DNA of 20,000 nucleotides from an uncultured virus (IMG/VR IMGVR_UViG_3300030110_001396). Taxonomy: Duplodnaviria; Heunggongvirae; Uroviricota; Caudoviricetes. Made by a program: the position numbers and the translations under genes. Below the pieces are notes generated by a model that was not told the DNA's origin, did not search any database, and saw only the letters and a list, made by a program, of their open reading frames with translations. The stretch lies in IMG/VR virus record IMGVR_UViG_3300030110_001396; one strand, written 5' to 3'. How positions within the stretch are numbered: position 1 is the stretch's first letter; each line of letters opens with the position of its first letter. Positions 1-8,096 of this stretch are shown in pieces.

Positions 1-1076
1 ACGGTATCTTGTAATGTTTTTAAGATACGTTTGATATCGTATTGATAATTAGCCCAGATAATAACTTTACCTTGAGTTTCTGCTAATACATCTAATAAAC
101 TATCTAAACGATTGTTTTTAATTTCTACTTCATCACCTTGATCATGTTTAACGAAACCACAAACAACTTGGTGTAGCCTAAGAATTTGTGTTAGAACAGA
201 AGTAACACTTACTAATTCACTAGATTCTAATTGTGCGATAGCATAATCTTTCAGCTGTTTATAAACTTTCTTTTGTTCAGGCGTTAGTTCAACTTCTCTA
301 CGTTGGTATACTTTATCAGGTAAGTCTAAACATTCTTTCTTTAGCACTCTGTAAGAAAACTCATTTACATTATCAGTTAGTTCTTCTAAGTTTTGATAAC
401 CGACCACCTGTCTAAAGGTTCGTTGTCCCATACTTCTATTAATAACTTTTGCATATCTGTTTTGAAATGAATAAAACGATGAGTAGCCTAGTAGCTGTGT
501 AGATAAAAATGCACTTTGGCTATATAAATCTAACGGTGATTGCGTTACGGGAAAACCTGTAAGAATTCTACGATACTTTGTATTAAGAGCTAACTTTAAT
601 AAGTTCTTAGTTCGTTGTGCTTTAGGGTTCTTAATAGTCGTAGATTCATCGACCGCGATCAGTGTGTTGTGAGCGAGTATAAACTTCTCAACAAATGCTA
701 CACCTTTCTTCGTACTAAAAGCTTCTACATTAATAATTAATATTTTAAGTTCAGGCGAAACTTCGAACAACTTCATTAGTTCTGTTTTTTGTTTTACTGT
801 AGGTGCGGGATTCCATACTGCCACGTCTCGTTCTACGTGGTCAGGCATATGAGCAGGTATTTCTTTTCCAGACCAGTTCCGATAGACTCCTTTGGGTGCT
901 ACGATGATAGCCGCGTTTATCCCACCTTTATCATATAGAAGTGCGATATTGTCTATAAGTACTTTAGATTTACCTGTACCCATTTCCATAAAATAAGCAT
1001 ATTCACGCTTATTCCATGATCTTTTTAATGCCTCAAGCTGATGCTCATAAGGCTTGGTTTTAAACTTATACTGCAT
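1..1076 (-). CDS. SNF2/SF2-family DEXX-box helicase (N-terminal part; runs off the left end of the window)
   Basis: Absent from the ORF track. Manual translation from ATG at 1076: MQYKFKTKPYEHQLEALKRSWNKREYAYFMEMGTGKSK (Q motif plus Walker A variant), VDESTTIKNPKAQRTK (motif II), RILTGFPVTQSPLDLY (motif III), RVLKKECLDLPDK, KVIIWANY. Open to the window edge. Confidence 0.9.
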   Translation of the reverse strand, partial: MQYKFKTKPYEHQLEALKRSWNKREYAYFMEMGTGKSKVLIDNIALLYDKGGINAAIIVAPKGVYRNWSGKEIPAHMPDHVERDVAVWNPAPTVKQKTELMKLFEVSPELKILIINVEAFSTKKGVAFVEKFILAHNTLIAVDESTTIKNPKAQRTKNLLKLALNTKYRRILTGFPVTQSPLDLYSQSAFLSTQLLGYSSFYSFQNRYAKVINRSMGQRTFRQVVGYQNLEELTDNVNEFSYRVLKKECLDLPDKVYQRREVELTPEQKKVYKQLKDYAIAQLESSELVSVTSVLTQILRLHQVVCGFVKHDQGDEVEIKNNRLDSLLDVLAETQGKVIIWANYQYDIKRILKTLQDT

Positions 1077-1156
1077 ATTCTTTCTAATTTCTAGTTCCCA
1101 TTATATATTACAATTTACTTATAAAAAGCCCCAAACTAAATAGTTTTCTCATGCCC

Positions 1157-1329
1157 TCTAATAGAATTAGTAGTTTCTAATAGATTAAATCGTACAATCT
1201 AATAGACTGTAACACTCTTAAACACTGGTTTTGTTAGAAAATCTATTAGATTATTACCGATATTAGTAGTTTTCGAAAAGTTTTTCCTATAAACTTTTTT
1301 ATTCTTAAAACTACTATATAACTAATAGC
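1157..1329. repeat. Cluster of palindromic TCTAWTAGA repeats and nested inverted repeats; putative replication origin or operator region
   Basis: TCTAATAGA at 1157-1165, 1176-1184 and 1198-1206; TCTATTAGA at 1242-1250; degenerate ACTAATAGC at 1321-1329. ATTAGTAGTTT direct repeat at 1166 and 1262. TAGTAGTTTT (1264-1273)/AAAACTACTA (1307-1316) inverted pair. Very AT-rich and between divergent replication genes. Confidence 0.6.
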
Positions 1330-1358
1330 TTTACTTTGTCGGTATTGCTAGATATTAT
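1328..1358 (+). promoter_or_regulatory. Sigma70-like promoter P1 (replication operon)
   Basis: GC-TTTACT (-35 at 1330-1335), 17-bp spacer, TATTAT (1353-1358). Followed by AGAAAGGAGAAA RBS and GTG start at 1390. Confidence 0.7.
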
Positions 1359-1389
1359 TTAAGTTCTAGAAATAAGAAAGGAGAAAAAA

Positions 1390-1716
1390 GTGACAGTATA
1401 TGTCGTACAGGAGATTCCAGGACGGAACATTGCCTCGGCTAGAAGCTATGGTGATTTTCAAGTTCTGTTACCTTCTAATACACAAATTATGTTAAGTGCT
1501 GCTCCCTCTGTTCGTAGGATGAAAAAACTCTTACAGGACTTCAAAGAAGGAGATTACTTATTATTAATAGGCGATCCTGCCGCCATTGGCGTAGCGTGTT
1601 CTATCGCTGCATTTTATAACCGAGGTAGATATAGTATATTAAAGTGGGATCGACAGGAAAGTTTATATTATCCTGTTGATATCGATCTACACCAGAAAGG
1701 AGAAATAGATGAATAA
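1390..1716 (+). CDS. Phage hypothetical protein (108 aa)
   Basis: GTG start with strong AGAAAGGAG RBS; overlaps the next ORF; alpha/beta-like sequence with DYLLLIGDP motif. Confidence 0.75.
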   Translation: MTVYVVQEIPGRNIASARSYGDFQVLLPSNTQIMLSAAPSVRRMKKLLQDFKEGDYLLLIGDPAAIGVACSIAAFYNRGRYSILKWDRQESLYYPVDIDLHQKGEIDE

Positions 1717-2281
1717 ACCAACTTTTGAGGACTTAGTCGGTACAGAATCCGTTGAAGAATGGACGAATGAAGTATCTGACGGAGAACTTAATATTGTTTC
1801 TAACTTAGCCAAGAAACAACTTCAACTAGCTAGGCAAGTAGCTTCGCTAGAAGAAGATCTCAAAGCTAAGAAAGAAGAACTTCGTTTAACTTCGGAGCAA
1901 GAACTACCTGACGCGATGCAAGCAGCAGGTCTTAATCAAATAGTACTCAGTACTGGAGAAAAAATCTCTATAGGCGAGTTCTATAACGCTCATATATCGA
2001 AGGCAAACCAAGAAGTAGCATATCAGTGGTTAGTAGAAAACGGTCACGAGGGACTTATAAAGAACGAGGTTCTTTTAAAGTTCGGACGTGAGGAAAGCAC
2101 AGTCGTAGACGAAACTGTTTCGGCTCTGCAATCTAGAGGTCTATCACCAGAAGTGCGACAGAGTGTTCATCCGAGTACATTAAAAGCTTTTGTAAAAGAG
2201 CAGTTTACTTCGGGTAACGATATACCAACCGAACCATTTGGTATCTATATAGGTACTAAAGCAACCATTAAAAAGGATTAA
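1709..2281 (+). CDS. Phage hypothetical protein with N-terminal coiled coil (replication-module associated)
   Basis: AGAAAGGAGAAATAG-ATG RBS; heptad segment followed by LPDAM...VHPSTLKAFVKE, recalled from proteins found upstream of SSB-like genes in such phages. Confidence 0.75.
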   Translation: MNKPTFEDLVGTESVEEWTNEVSDGELNIVSNLAKKQLQLARQVASLEEDLKAKKEELRLTSEQELPDAMQAAGLNQIVLSTGEKISIGEFYNAHISKANQEVAYQWLVENGHEGLIKNEVLLKFGREESTVVDETVSALQSRGLSPEVRQSVHPSTLKAFVKEQFTSGNDIPTEPFGIYIGTKATIKKD

Positions 2282-2283
2282 TT

Positions 2284-3072
2284 ATGGCAGAAAATAAAAA
2301 TGAAGTAGCTGAAACTAAAGCTACAGCGATAAGTACGTTCGATGATAATTTATTATCGGGCGGTACAGGACTAGAAGAAACTACAACTGAGGATTTTGCA
2401 ATCCCCTTTATAAGAGTTCTTCAACCTATGTCACCACAACTACAAAAACAACACGGTAGTTATGTACAAGGTGCGAGTGCAGGTGATCTGTACAACACCG
2501 TTACAGGTGAAGCCCACGATGGAGAAAAAGGAATATTAATTGTTCCGTGTGCTTATAATAAAAAGTACATCGAATGGATTCCTAGAGAGAAAGGCGGTGG
2601 TTTAGTAAACGCTAACCATGACATTTCTATCTTATCTAAATGTACTAAAGATCCTGAAACTAGACGGTCATACACACCAGACGGTAATGAGATTGTAGAA
2701 ACTGCACAGTTTTTCGTTTTAGTATTAGATGATAATGCTCCACAACAAGCGGTAGTAACTTTTACTTCTACACAGTTAGGAGTGGCTAGAAAATGGTTAA
2801 CCATGTTAAGAATGGCTAGAGTAGAAAATAGCAAAGGTGAGTCTGTAGAAGCACCAATGTTTGCTTATACGTATAGACTTACTACAACTACACAATCTAA
2901 TGATAAAGGTAGTTGGAATGGATATTCTGTTAACCAAGAAGGGGCTACAGAGATGCCTATTGCGATGATGGCTAAAGACTTTATGTCTGCGGCTAGAGCA
3001 GGAGACGTTCAAGTTAAAGAGGAACATCAAAGAGATGACGTAAAAGATACTACGTTTGACGACGCAATCTAA
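2284..3072 (+). CDS. Putative single-stranded DNA-binding / replication accessory protein
   Basis: 262 aa, beta-rich core (IPFIRVLQPMSPQ...KGSWNGY), acidic C-terminal tail (DDVKDTTFDDAI), directly upstream of primase. Function inferred from context. Confidence 0.5.
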   Translation: MAENKNEVAETKATAISTFDDNLLSGGTGLEETTTEDFAIPFIRVLQPMSPQLQKQHGSYVQGASAGDLYNTVTGEAHDGEKGILIVPCAYNKKYIEWIPREKGGGLVNANHDISILSKCTKDPETRRSYTPDGNEIVETAQFFVLVLDDNAPQQAVVTFTSTQLGVARKWLTMLRMARVENSKGESVEAPMFAYTYRLTTTTQSNDKGSWNGYSVNQEGATEMPIAMMAKDFMSAARAGDVQVKEEHQRDDVKDTTFDDAI

Positions 3073-3086
3073 CAAGGAGGGGTTTT

Positions 3087-4610
3087 ATGTCGTTAGCAGA
3101 GAAATTTGCTACACGCTATGCTGGATTGCGGAAAGCTTACGGTACGTTTACCGCAAGTGATGAAACTCGAGAGGATGGCAAGGCAAGTGGTAAAAACATC
3201 ACCATATCTAAGGAGTTATCTGATACAGATCTTCTGAAGCTGTGGGATGATCACTTGTCAGGTCATCAAAGCGTAGGGATTGTAGCGATAGATGAAAACA
3301 ATAGTTGTGTATGGGGAGCGATCGATGTTGATGAGTATCAACTAGATTTAAAAGACCTCTCTAAGAAACTAGCTAAACAAGAATTACCTCTAATACTTTG
3401 TCGAAGTAAAAGCGGAGGAGCACATATTTATATCTTCCTACAAGAACCTGTTGCGGCTTCGATGCTACAACGAAAGCTTAGACAATTAGCCGCGGCAATC
3501 GGCTATGGTCAAGCAGAGATATTTCCTAAACAAACACAACTGTTATTAGAACGTGGTGATAGAGGTAGCACGTTAAATATGCCTTACTTCGGAGGAGAGA
3601 ACTCAACACGTTATGCTTACGGTAGAGACGGTGGAGCGTTAACTCCAGAAGAGTTCCTTAACTTCGCATCTGAACTAGCCTTAACTCCAAACGAGTTGGA
3701 AAAATTAGAAGCCAGTCCATTAAACGAAGCTATTGATTGGTTAGATCAATCACCCCCCTGTATACAACATTTAATCGTACAGGGGTTTCCTAAAGGTACA
3801 CGTAATTCAGGATTGTTTAACGTAGGCGTATTCCTTAGAAAGAAATTTCCTGACGATTGGGAAAAAAGATTAGAGGATGTAAATATAAAATATATGCAAC
3901 CACCGTTAGGAGCACAAGAAGTGTTGACCGTGGGTAAGCAAGTACAACGTAAAGATTACTTTTATAAATGTAATGATCAGCCAATAGCTAGTCATTGTAA
4001 TAGTCCTTTATGTAGAACACGTAAATATGGGATTGGTGCTAATGGCGGTACACCGTTATTTAGTAATTTAACTAAACAAGATAGTGAACCACCGATTTGG
4101 TTCCTGGATGTAGAAGGTGGCAGGTTAGAATTAGAGACCGATGATTTACTAAATCAAAACAGATTTCAAAGAAAGTGTATGGATGCTCTAAATAAGATAC
4201 CTCAGAAGGTTAAGGAAAACGTCTGGAGACAGATCATCCAGCAGCTCCTAGACGCGTTAACCGTGGTCGAAGTTCCTAAAGAAAGTTCCACAGAAGGGCA
4301 CTTTTTAGAACTATTAGAGAATTTTTGTACAGAACGACCTGCGAGAGAACGTGATGAGCTTTTATTACATAAACCATGGACAGATAATGGTAAAACCTAT
4401 TTTCGACTTGGTGATTTAATGGAATATTTACATCGACATAACTTTAAAGATTACCAAAGAAACAATTTAACATCTAAACTAAAACAACTACATGGAGAAC
4501 CACATTTCTTTAACATAAAAGGACGAGGGGTAAACGTTTGGTATATAGAAGAATTTAAAGCTCAAGACGAACCACATGATTTACCAGAATTTAACGATAA
4601 CTTATTATGA
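3087..4610 (+). CDS. Archaeo-eukaryotic primase (AEP/Prim-Pol) with Cys-containing C-terminal accessory region
   Basis: AEP motifs hhDhD (AIDVD) and RSKSGGAHIY; EIFPKQ and LNMPY; downstream PPC...YKC...HCNSPLC; AAGGAGGGG RBS. Confidence 0.8.
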   Translation: MSLAEKFATRYAGLRKAYGTFTASDETREDGKASGKNITISKELSDTDLLKLWDDHLSGHQSVGIVAIDENNSCVWGAIDVDEYQLDLKDLSKKLAKQELPLILCRSKSGGAHIYIFLQEPVAASMLQRKLRQLAAAIGYGQAEIFPKQTQLLLERGDRGSTLNMPYFGGENSTRYAYGRDGGALTPEEFLNFASELALTPNELEKLEASPLNEAIDWLDQSPPCIQHLIVQGFPKGTRNSGLFNVGVFLRKKFPDDWEKRLEDVNIKYMQPPLGAQEVLTVGKQVQRKDYFYKCNDQPIASHCNSPLCRTRKYGIGANGGTPLFSNLTKQDSEPPIWFLDVEGGRLELETDDLLNQNRFQRKCMDALNKIPQKVKENVWRQIIQQLLDALTVVEVPKESSTEGHFLELLENFCTERPARERDELLLHKPWTDNGKTYFRLGDLMEYLHRHNFKDYQRNNLTSKLKQLHGEPHFFNIKGRGVNVWYIEEFKAQDEPHDLPEFNDNLL

Positions 4611-5200
4611 TTAAACACATCAAACATATATTTGCAGAGTTTGAGCACGGGATAGATAAGTGGGACGATCCTCGTGAACGTATGTTCGAAGGTACGATGG
4701 TTAAAGGTCGACCGACTCGTGGGTTTGGTGATTCAACTTTTAATTACGCAGGTAAAGTATATGAACCTGAACCATGGTCGCATGAAATAAAATTAATAAA
4801 AATTGCGGCAGAAAAAATAGCAAGTAAAGAATTTAAACGAGATATTGAATTTACTTTTTGTTTATGTGGTTATTATTCAGATCAAGGAGAAGGTATACCA
4901 CACCATAGCGACACAGTTCCTACATTAGATGACGTAGTATTTTCTATTAGTTTTGGTGCACCTAGAGTATTTGAATGGACGACATATGCACACCACATAA
5001 AACAAGATACAAATACAAGTGATACTGATTTACACATTTCTCCAAGAAGTAATTCACCTATGGGGACGAGTTGGTATTTATTAGAACATGGCGATGCGAT
5101 TATGTTTAATGGTAGTAGTCAGATGACTTCTACCCATGCGATTCCTGAGTTATTAGGTGCAGGAGAAAGAATTAATTTAACGTTTAGAAGTGGTTTATGA
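4607..5200 (+). CDS. AlkB-like 2OG-Fe(II) dioxygenase
   Basis: HxD (HHSD), SISFGAPRVF, LEHGDAIMF, distal His (THAIP) and RINLTFR are the AlkB/ALKBH2-3-type signature. ATGA overlaps at both ends. Confidence 0.85.
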   Translation: MIKHIKHIFAEFEHGIDKWDDPRERMFEGTMVKGRPTRGFGDSTFNYAGKVYEPEPWSHEIKLIKIAAEKIASKEFKRDIEFTFCLCGYYSDQGEGIPHHSDTVPTLDDVVFSISFGAPRVFEWTTYAHHIKQDTNTSDTDLHISPRSNSPMGTSWYLLEHGDAIMFNGSSQMTSTHAIPELLGAGERINLTFRSGL

Positions 5201-6693
5201 CCTTACCTAGCCATACGCAAGTGATCCTTGGACCTCCAGGAACAGGGAAAACCAGCACACTCCTTGGCTTAATCGAAGACGAATTAGAAAACGGTACTGA
5301 ACCTGAGCGTATTGGGTTCTTCACGTTTACTAAAAAAGCAGTAAACGAAGGTAAAGAAAGAGCGATGAATCGTTTTAGTATCACTAATAAACAACTGCCA
5401 TTTTTCCGTACTCTACATTCATTGGCTTTTAGACAACTAGGACTTACTAGAGAAAGCGTGGTAAGTAATTCAGACATATCTGATTTAAACGAAAAACTTA
5501 ATCTAAAACTTACGGGCAGGACAACTTCCGATGACGGTCATTTATTCGGTATGACCCATGATGATCGTTTAGCGTTTATAGAAAACTTAGCTAGGATGAG
5601 AGATGTACCACTAAAAGAACAATGGCACGAGGTTGAAGACGCAGTAGGGTGGTTCGAGCTAGAACGTTTTGCTCGAGGATTGAAGTTATTTAAAGAAGAT
5701 CGGTTGCTTGTTGATTATACAGATATGTTACAAAACTTTTTAGTTGACGGTGATATACCTGTATTAGATGTTATGTTCGTAGACGAAGCACAAGACCTTT
5801 CGCCTTTGCAGTGGGCGGTGGTACGTAAGTTAGCAGAAAAAGCCAAAAAGATTTACGTAGCAGGTGATGATGACCAAGCGATCTATCGTTGGGCGGGAGC
5901 AGATGTTGAATATTTGATAAAAAATTCTACAGACGCTATGGTACTAAAACAATCGTATCGAGTACCTTCTTCTGTACATAAAGTTGCTAGTCAATGTATA
6001 GGTCAAGTTGGTTCGCGTATTTATAAAGAATGGAAGCCTAGAACAGACGAAGGTTTGGTGCGTTGGGAAGCTACAATAGAACAGGTGAATATGGATCAAG
6101 GTGATTGGTTAGTATTAGCTAGAACAAATTATTTATTAGAAAGTGTTGATGAGTATTGTAGAAACGAAGGGTGGTTCTTCGAAGTCAAAAGTCGACCGTC
6201 TATCTCAGAAGCAAAAGTTAGAGCTGTTATCTATTGGGAACGATTACGTAAAGGTCAAACAGTAACCTTGGCTGAATGTGCAAATATTTTAAAATATATC
6301 AAAGTTAAAACACCTAAAAAACTCGATTTATTAGATACTGATTTAGTTTTACAGTACGAAGATCTCAAAAGTCATCTACCCGACTTGCCTGATGGTCATT
6401 GGTACGATGTTTTTACATTATTAAGTCCTAAAGAAATTAGTTATATACGAGCCATGTTGCGTAGAGGAGAAAAGATTACTAAACAACCACGTATTCGATT
6501 ATCTACGATTCATGCGGCTAAAGGTGGAGAAGCTACTAATGTTGTACTACTTACTGATATAACGACAAGAGTTTATAAAAACTACCAACAAAACCCTGAT
6601 GAGGAAAATAGAGTATTCTATGTAGGTATTACAAGAACAAAAGAAAACTTGTATTTAATAGAGCCTAAAACAACAAAATGCTATCAAATGTGA
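5197..6693 (+). CDS. UvrD/Rep-family (SF1) DNA helicase
   Basis: GPPGTGKT, FTFTKKA, TLHSLAF, VDEAQD, GDDDQAIY, QSYR, STIHAAKGGE, FYVGITR. Confidence 0.92.
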   Translation: MTLPSHTQVILGPPGTGKTSTLLGLIEDELENGTEPERIGFFTFTKKAVNEGKERAMNRFSITNKQLPFFRTLHSLAFRQLGLTRESVVSNSDISDLNEKLNLKLTGRTTSDDGHLFGMTHDDRLAFIENLARMRDVPLKEQWHEVEDAVGWFELERFARGLKLFKEDRLLVDYTDMLQNFLVDGDIPVLDVMFVDEAQDLSPLQWAVVRKLAEKAKKIYVAGDDDQAIYRWAGADVEYLIKNSTDAMVLKQSYRVPSSVHKVASQCIGQVGSRIYKEWKPRTDEGLVRWEATIEQVNMDQGDWLVLARTNYLLESVDEYCRNEGWFFEVKSRPSISEAKVRAVIYWERLRKGQTVTLAECANILKYIKVKTPKKLDLLDTDLVLQYEDLKSHLPDLPDGHWYDVFTLLSPKEISYIRAMLRRGEKITKQPRIRLSTIHAAKGGEATNVVLLTDITTRVYKNYQQNPDEENRVFYVGITRTKENLYLIEPKTTKCYQM

Positions 6694-6695
6694 AA

Positions 6696-6729
6696 GTGCT
6701 TTACTTTGCACATAAAAGTAAAGTATAAA
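6696..6729 (+). promoter_or_regulatory. Promoter P2 with overlapping inverted repeat, heading the modification/polymerase operon
   Basis: GTGC-TTTACT (6700-6705), TATAAA (6724-6729, 18-bp spacer). CTTTACTTT (6699-6707)/AAAGTAAAG (6715-6723) perfect inverted repeat. AGAAAGGAGAAA RBS at about 6751. Confidence 0.6.
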
Positions 6730-6765
6730 GGTACTTAGATTTATGTTTAAAGAAAGGAGAAAATT

Positions 6766-7248
6766 ATGAACATATTTTATTTTAACAAAGATCCTGTGAT
6801 TGCGGCTAAGTCGCAACCAGATAAAATGCTAGTGAAGATGCCATTAGAAACAGCACAGATGCTATGTACAGCTCACCGTTTATTAGACGGAGACGAATAT
6901 GCAGATAGTGTGGGGTTATATAAGAAAGCTTATATGAACCATCCCTGTACGATCTGGGCTAGAGAATGTAGTGGTAACTATTATTGGCTTTATAAACATT
7001 TTATAGCGTTAGGTAACGAATATTCATACCGTTATCAACGAACTCATGCAAGTCTTGCTAAATTGTCAGACGCCTTATATGTAATGCCTAAAAACATTAC
7101 TCGAGGTCTTATGACACCTGTTGCTCAAGCAATGCCTGACGAATATAAAAACGAGGACTCTGTTCTAGCTTATCGTAATTACGTTATTAACGAGAAACAT
7201 TACGCTAAGTGGGAAAAGGGTAGAACTAAACCAAGTTGGTGGAGGTAA
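6766..7248 (+). CDS. Pyrimidine dimer DNA glycosylase / endonuclease V-like family protein
   Basis: MNIFYF...DKMLVKMPLETAQML...YKKAYMNHPCTIW...AQAMPDEYK...AYRNY...W pattern typical of this phage family. Confidence 0.7.
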   Translation: MNIFYFNKDPVIAAKSQPDKMLVKMPLETAQMLCTAHRLLDGDEYADSVGLYKKAYMNHPCTIWARECSGNYYWLYKHFIALGNEYSYRYQRTHASLAKLSDALYVMPKNITRGLMTPVAQAMPDEYKNEDSVLAYRNYVINEKHYAKWEKGRTKPSWWR

Positions 7249-7253
7249 ATTAA

Positions 7254-8096
7254 ATGTCATCAATAAGAAAGAAACTTACTGTTAATGAAAACGACAGTAA
7301 AAATACTAGAATGGATATCGCTAGTGCAGGTGTATTAGCAAACTGGAGACCTGATGAACTTGCTCATATAAGTCGGTTTGATAAAATCGCTTCTATGTGT
7401 ATCGCTGAAGCTAAACGATTAGGACGACCACTCGATACGTTTGAAGTTGGTTGTGGTGAGTGTTGGACGCTTAGAAATCTATATAAAGCTTATGTTGTAA
7501 AGAAATCAGATATTATCAGATCGTATTACGGTTACGATATTGATCCCGCTTGTGAATTAGAAAATCCTTTTTGGTCTAATGCAGGTGGAGAGTTAGCTGA
7601 TTCTACATGGTTTCAGAACTTTAACGGTGAAATACGTATACAAGATTTAACTGTTGATCCTGTATTTAAACTAGAAGATGAAAGCGTAGATTTTTTCTGG
7701 ACGACCGAAGTTATTGAACATATGGGTAGAGAGTTTATTGGTGCATGGTTAGATGATGCAACTAGGGTTATACGACCGAATGGTTTAGCTTTTGTATCTA
7801 CTCCTAACCACGACGGTTCTAACGACAAACTTCCCGAAGATCATATTTACGAGTGGGGTTTCCAAGAACTAAAAGAAGAACTAGAAAGAAACTTCGAGAT
7901 AGTAGACGTTACAGGAACGTTTATACAATTACCTAATTTAAAGAAAGCGATGAAAGAAGATTCTGAAACAGGATGGACTCCTCAGCAGTTTGAAAAATTA
8001 CAAAACAGATACGGTAGACAGTTTTTACGAGTTGTTGCCGCTACGTTTTATCCTGAAGTCGCTAATAACTGTTCTTGGGTGTTACGTAAAAAGTAA
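7254..8096 (+). CDS. Class I SAM-dependent methyltransferase (small-molecule type, not a canonical DNA MTase)
   Basis: Motif I EVGCG, acidic motif II (YGYDID), IQDL, TEVIEH and FVSTPN. No PC or (D/N)PPY DNA-MTase catalytic motif seen. Confidence 0.8.
   Translation: MSSIRKKLTVNENDSKNTRMDIASAGVLANWRPDELAHISRFDKIASMCIAEAKRLGRPLDTFEVGCGECWTLRNLYKAYVVKKSDIIRSYYGYDIDPACELENPFWSNAGGELADSTWFQNFNGEIRIQDLTVDPVFKLEDESVDFFWTTEVIEHMGREFIGAWLDDATRVIRPNGLAFVSTPNHDGSNDKLPEDHIYEWGFQELKEELERNFEIVDVTGTFIQLPNLKKAMKEDSETGWTPQQFEKLQNRYGRQFLRVVAATFYPEVANNCSWVLRKK

Noticed and set aside
1100..1130. Minus-strand promoter for the SNF2 helicase (TATAAT at 1105-1100 with GCTTTTTA upstream)
   Set aside because: The -10 is good but the -35 departs from the family consensus in very AT-rich DNA, so it is too weak to list as a feature.
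7254..8096. Restriction-modification DNA methyltransferase
   Set aside because: No C5 PC motif or N6/N4 (D/N/S)PP(Y/F) motif, and no adjacent restriction enzyme.
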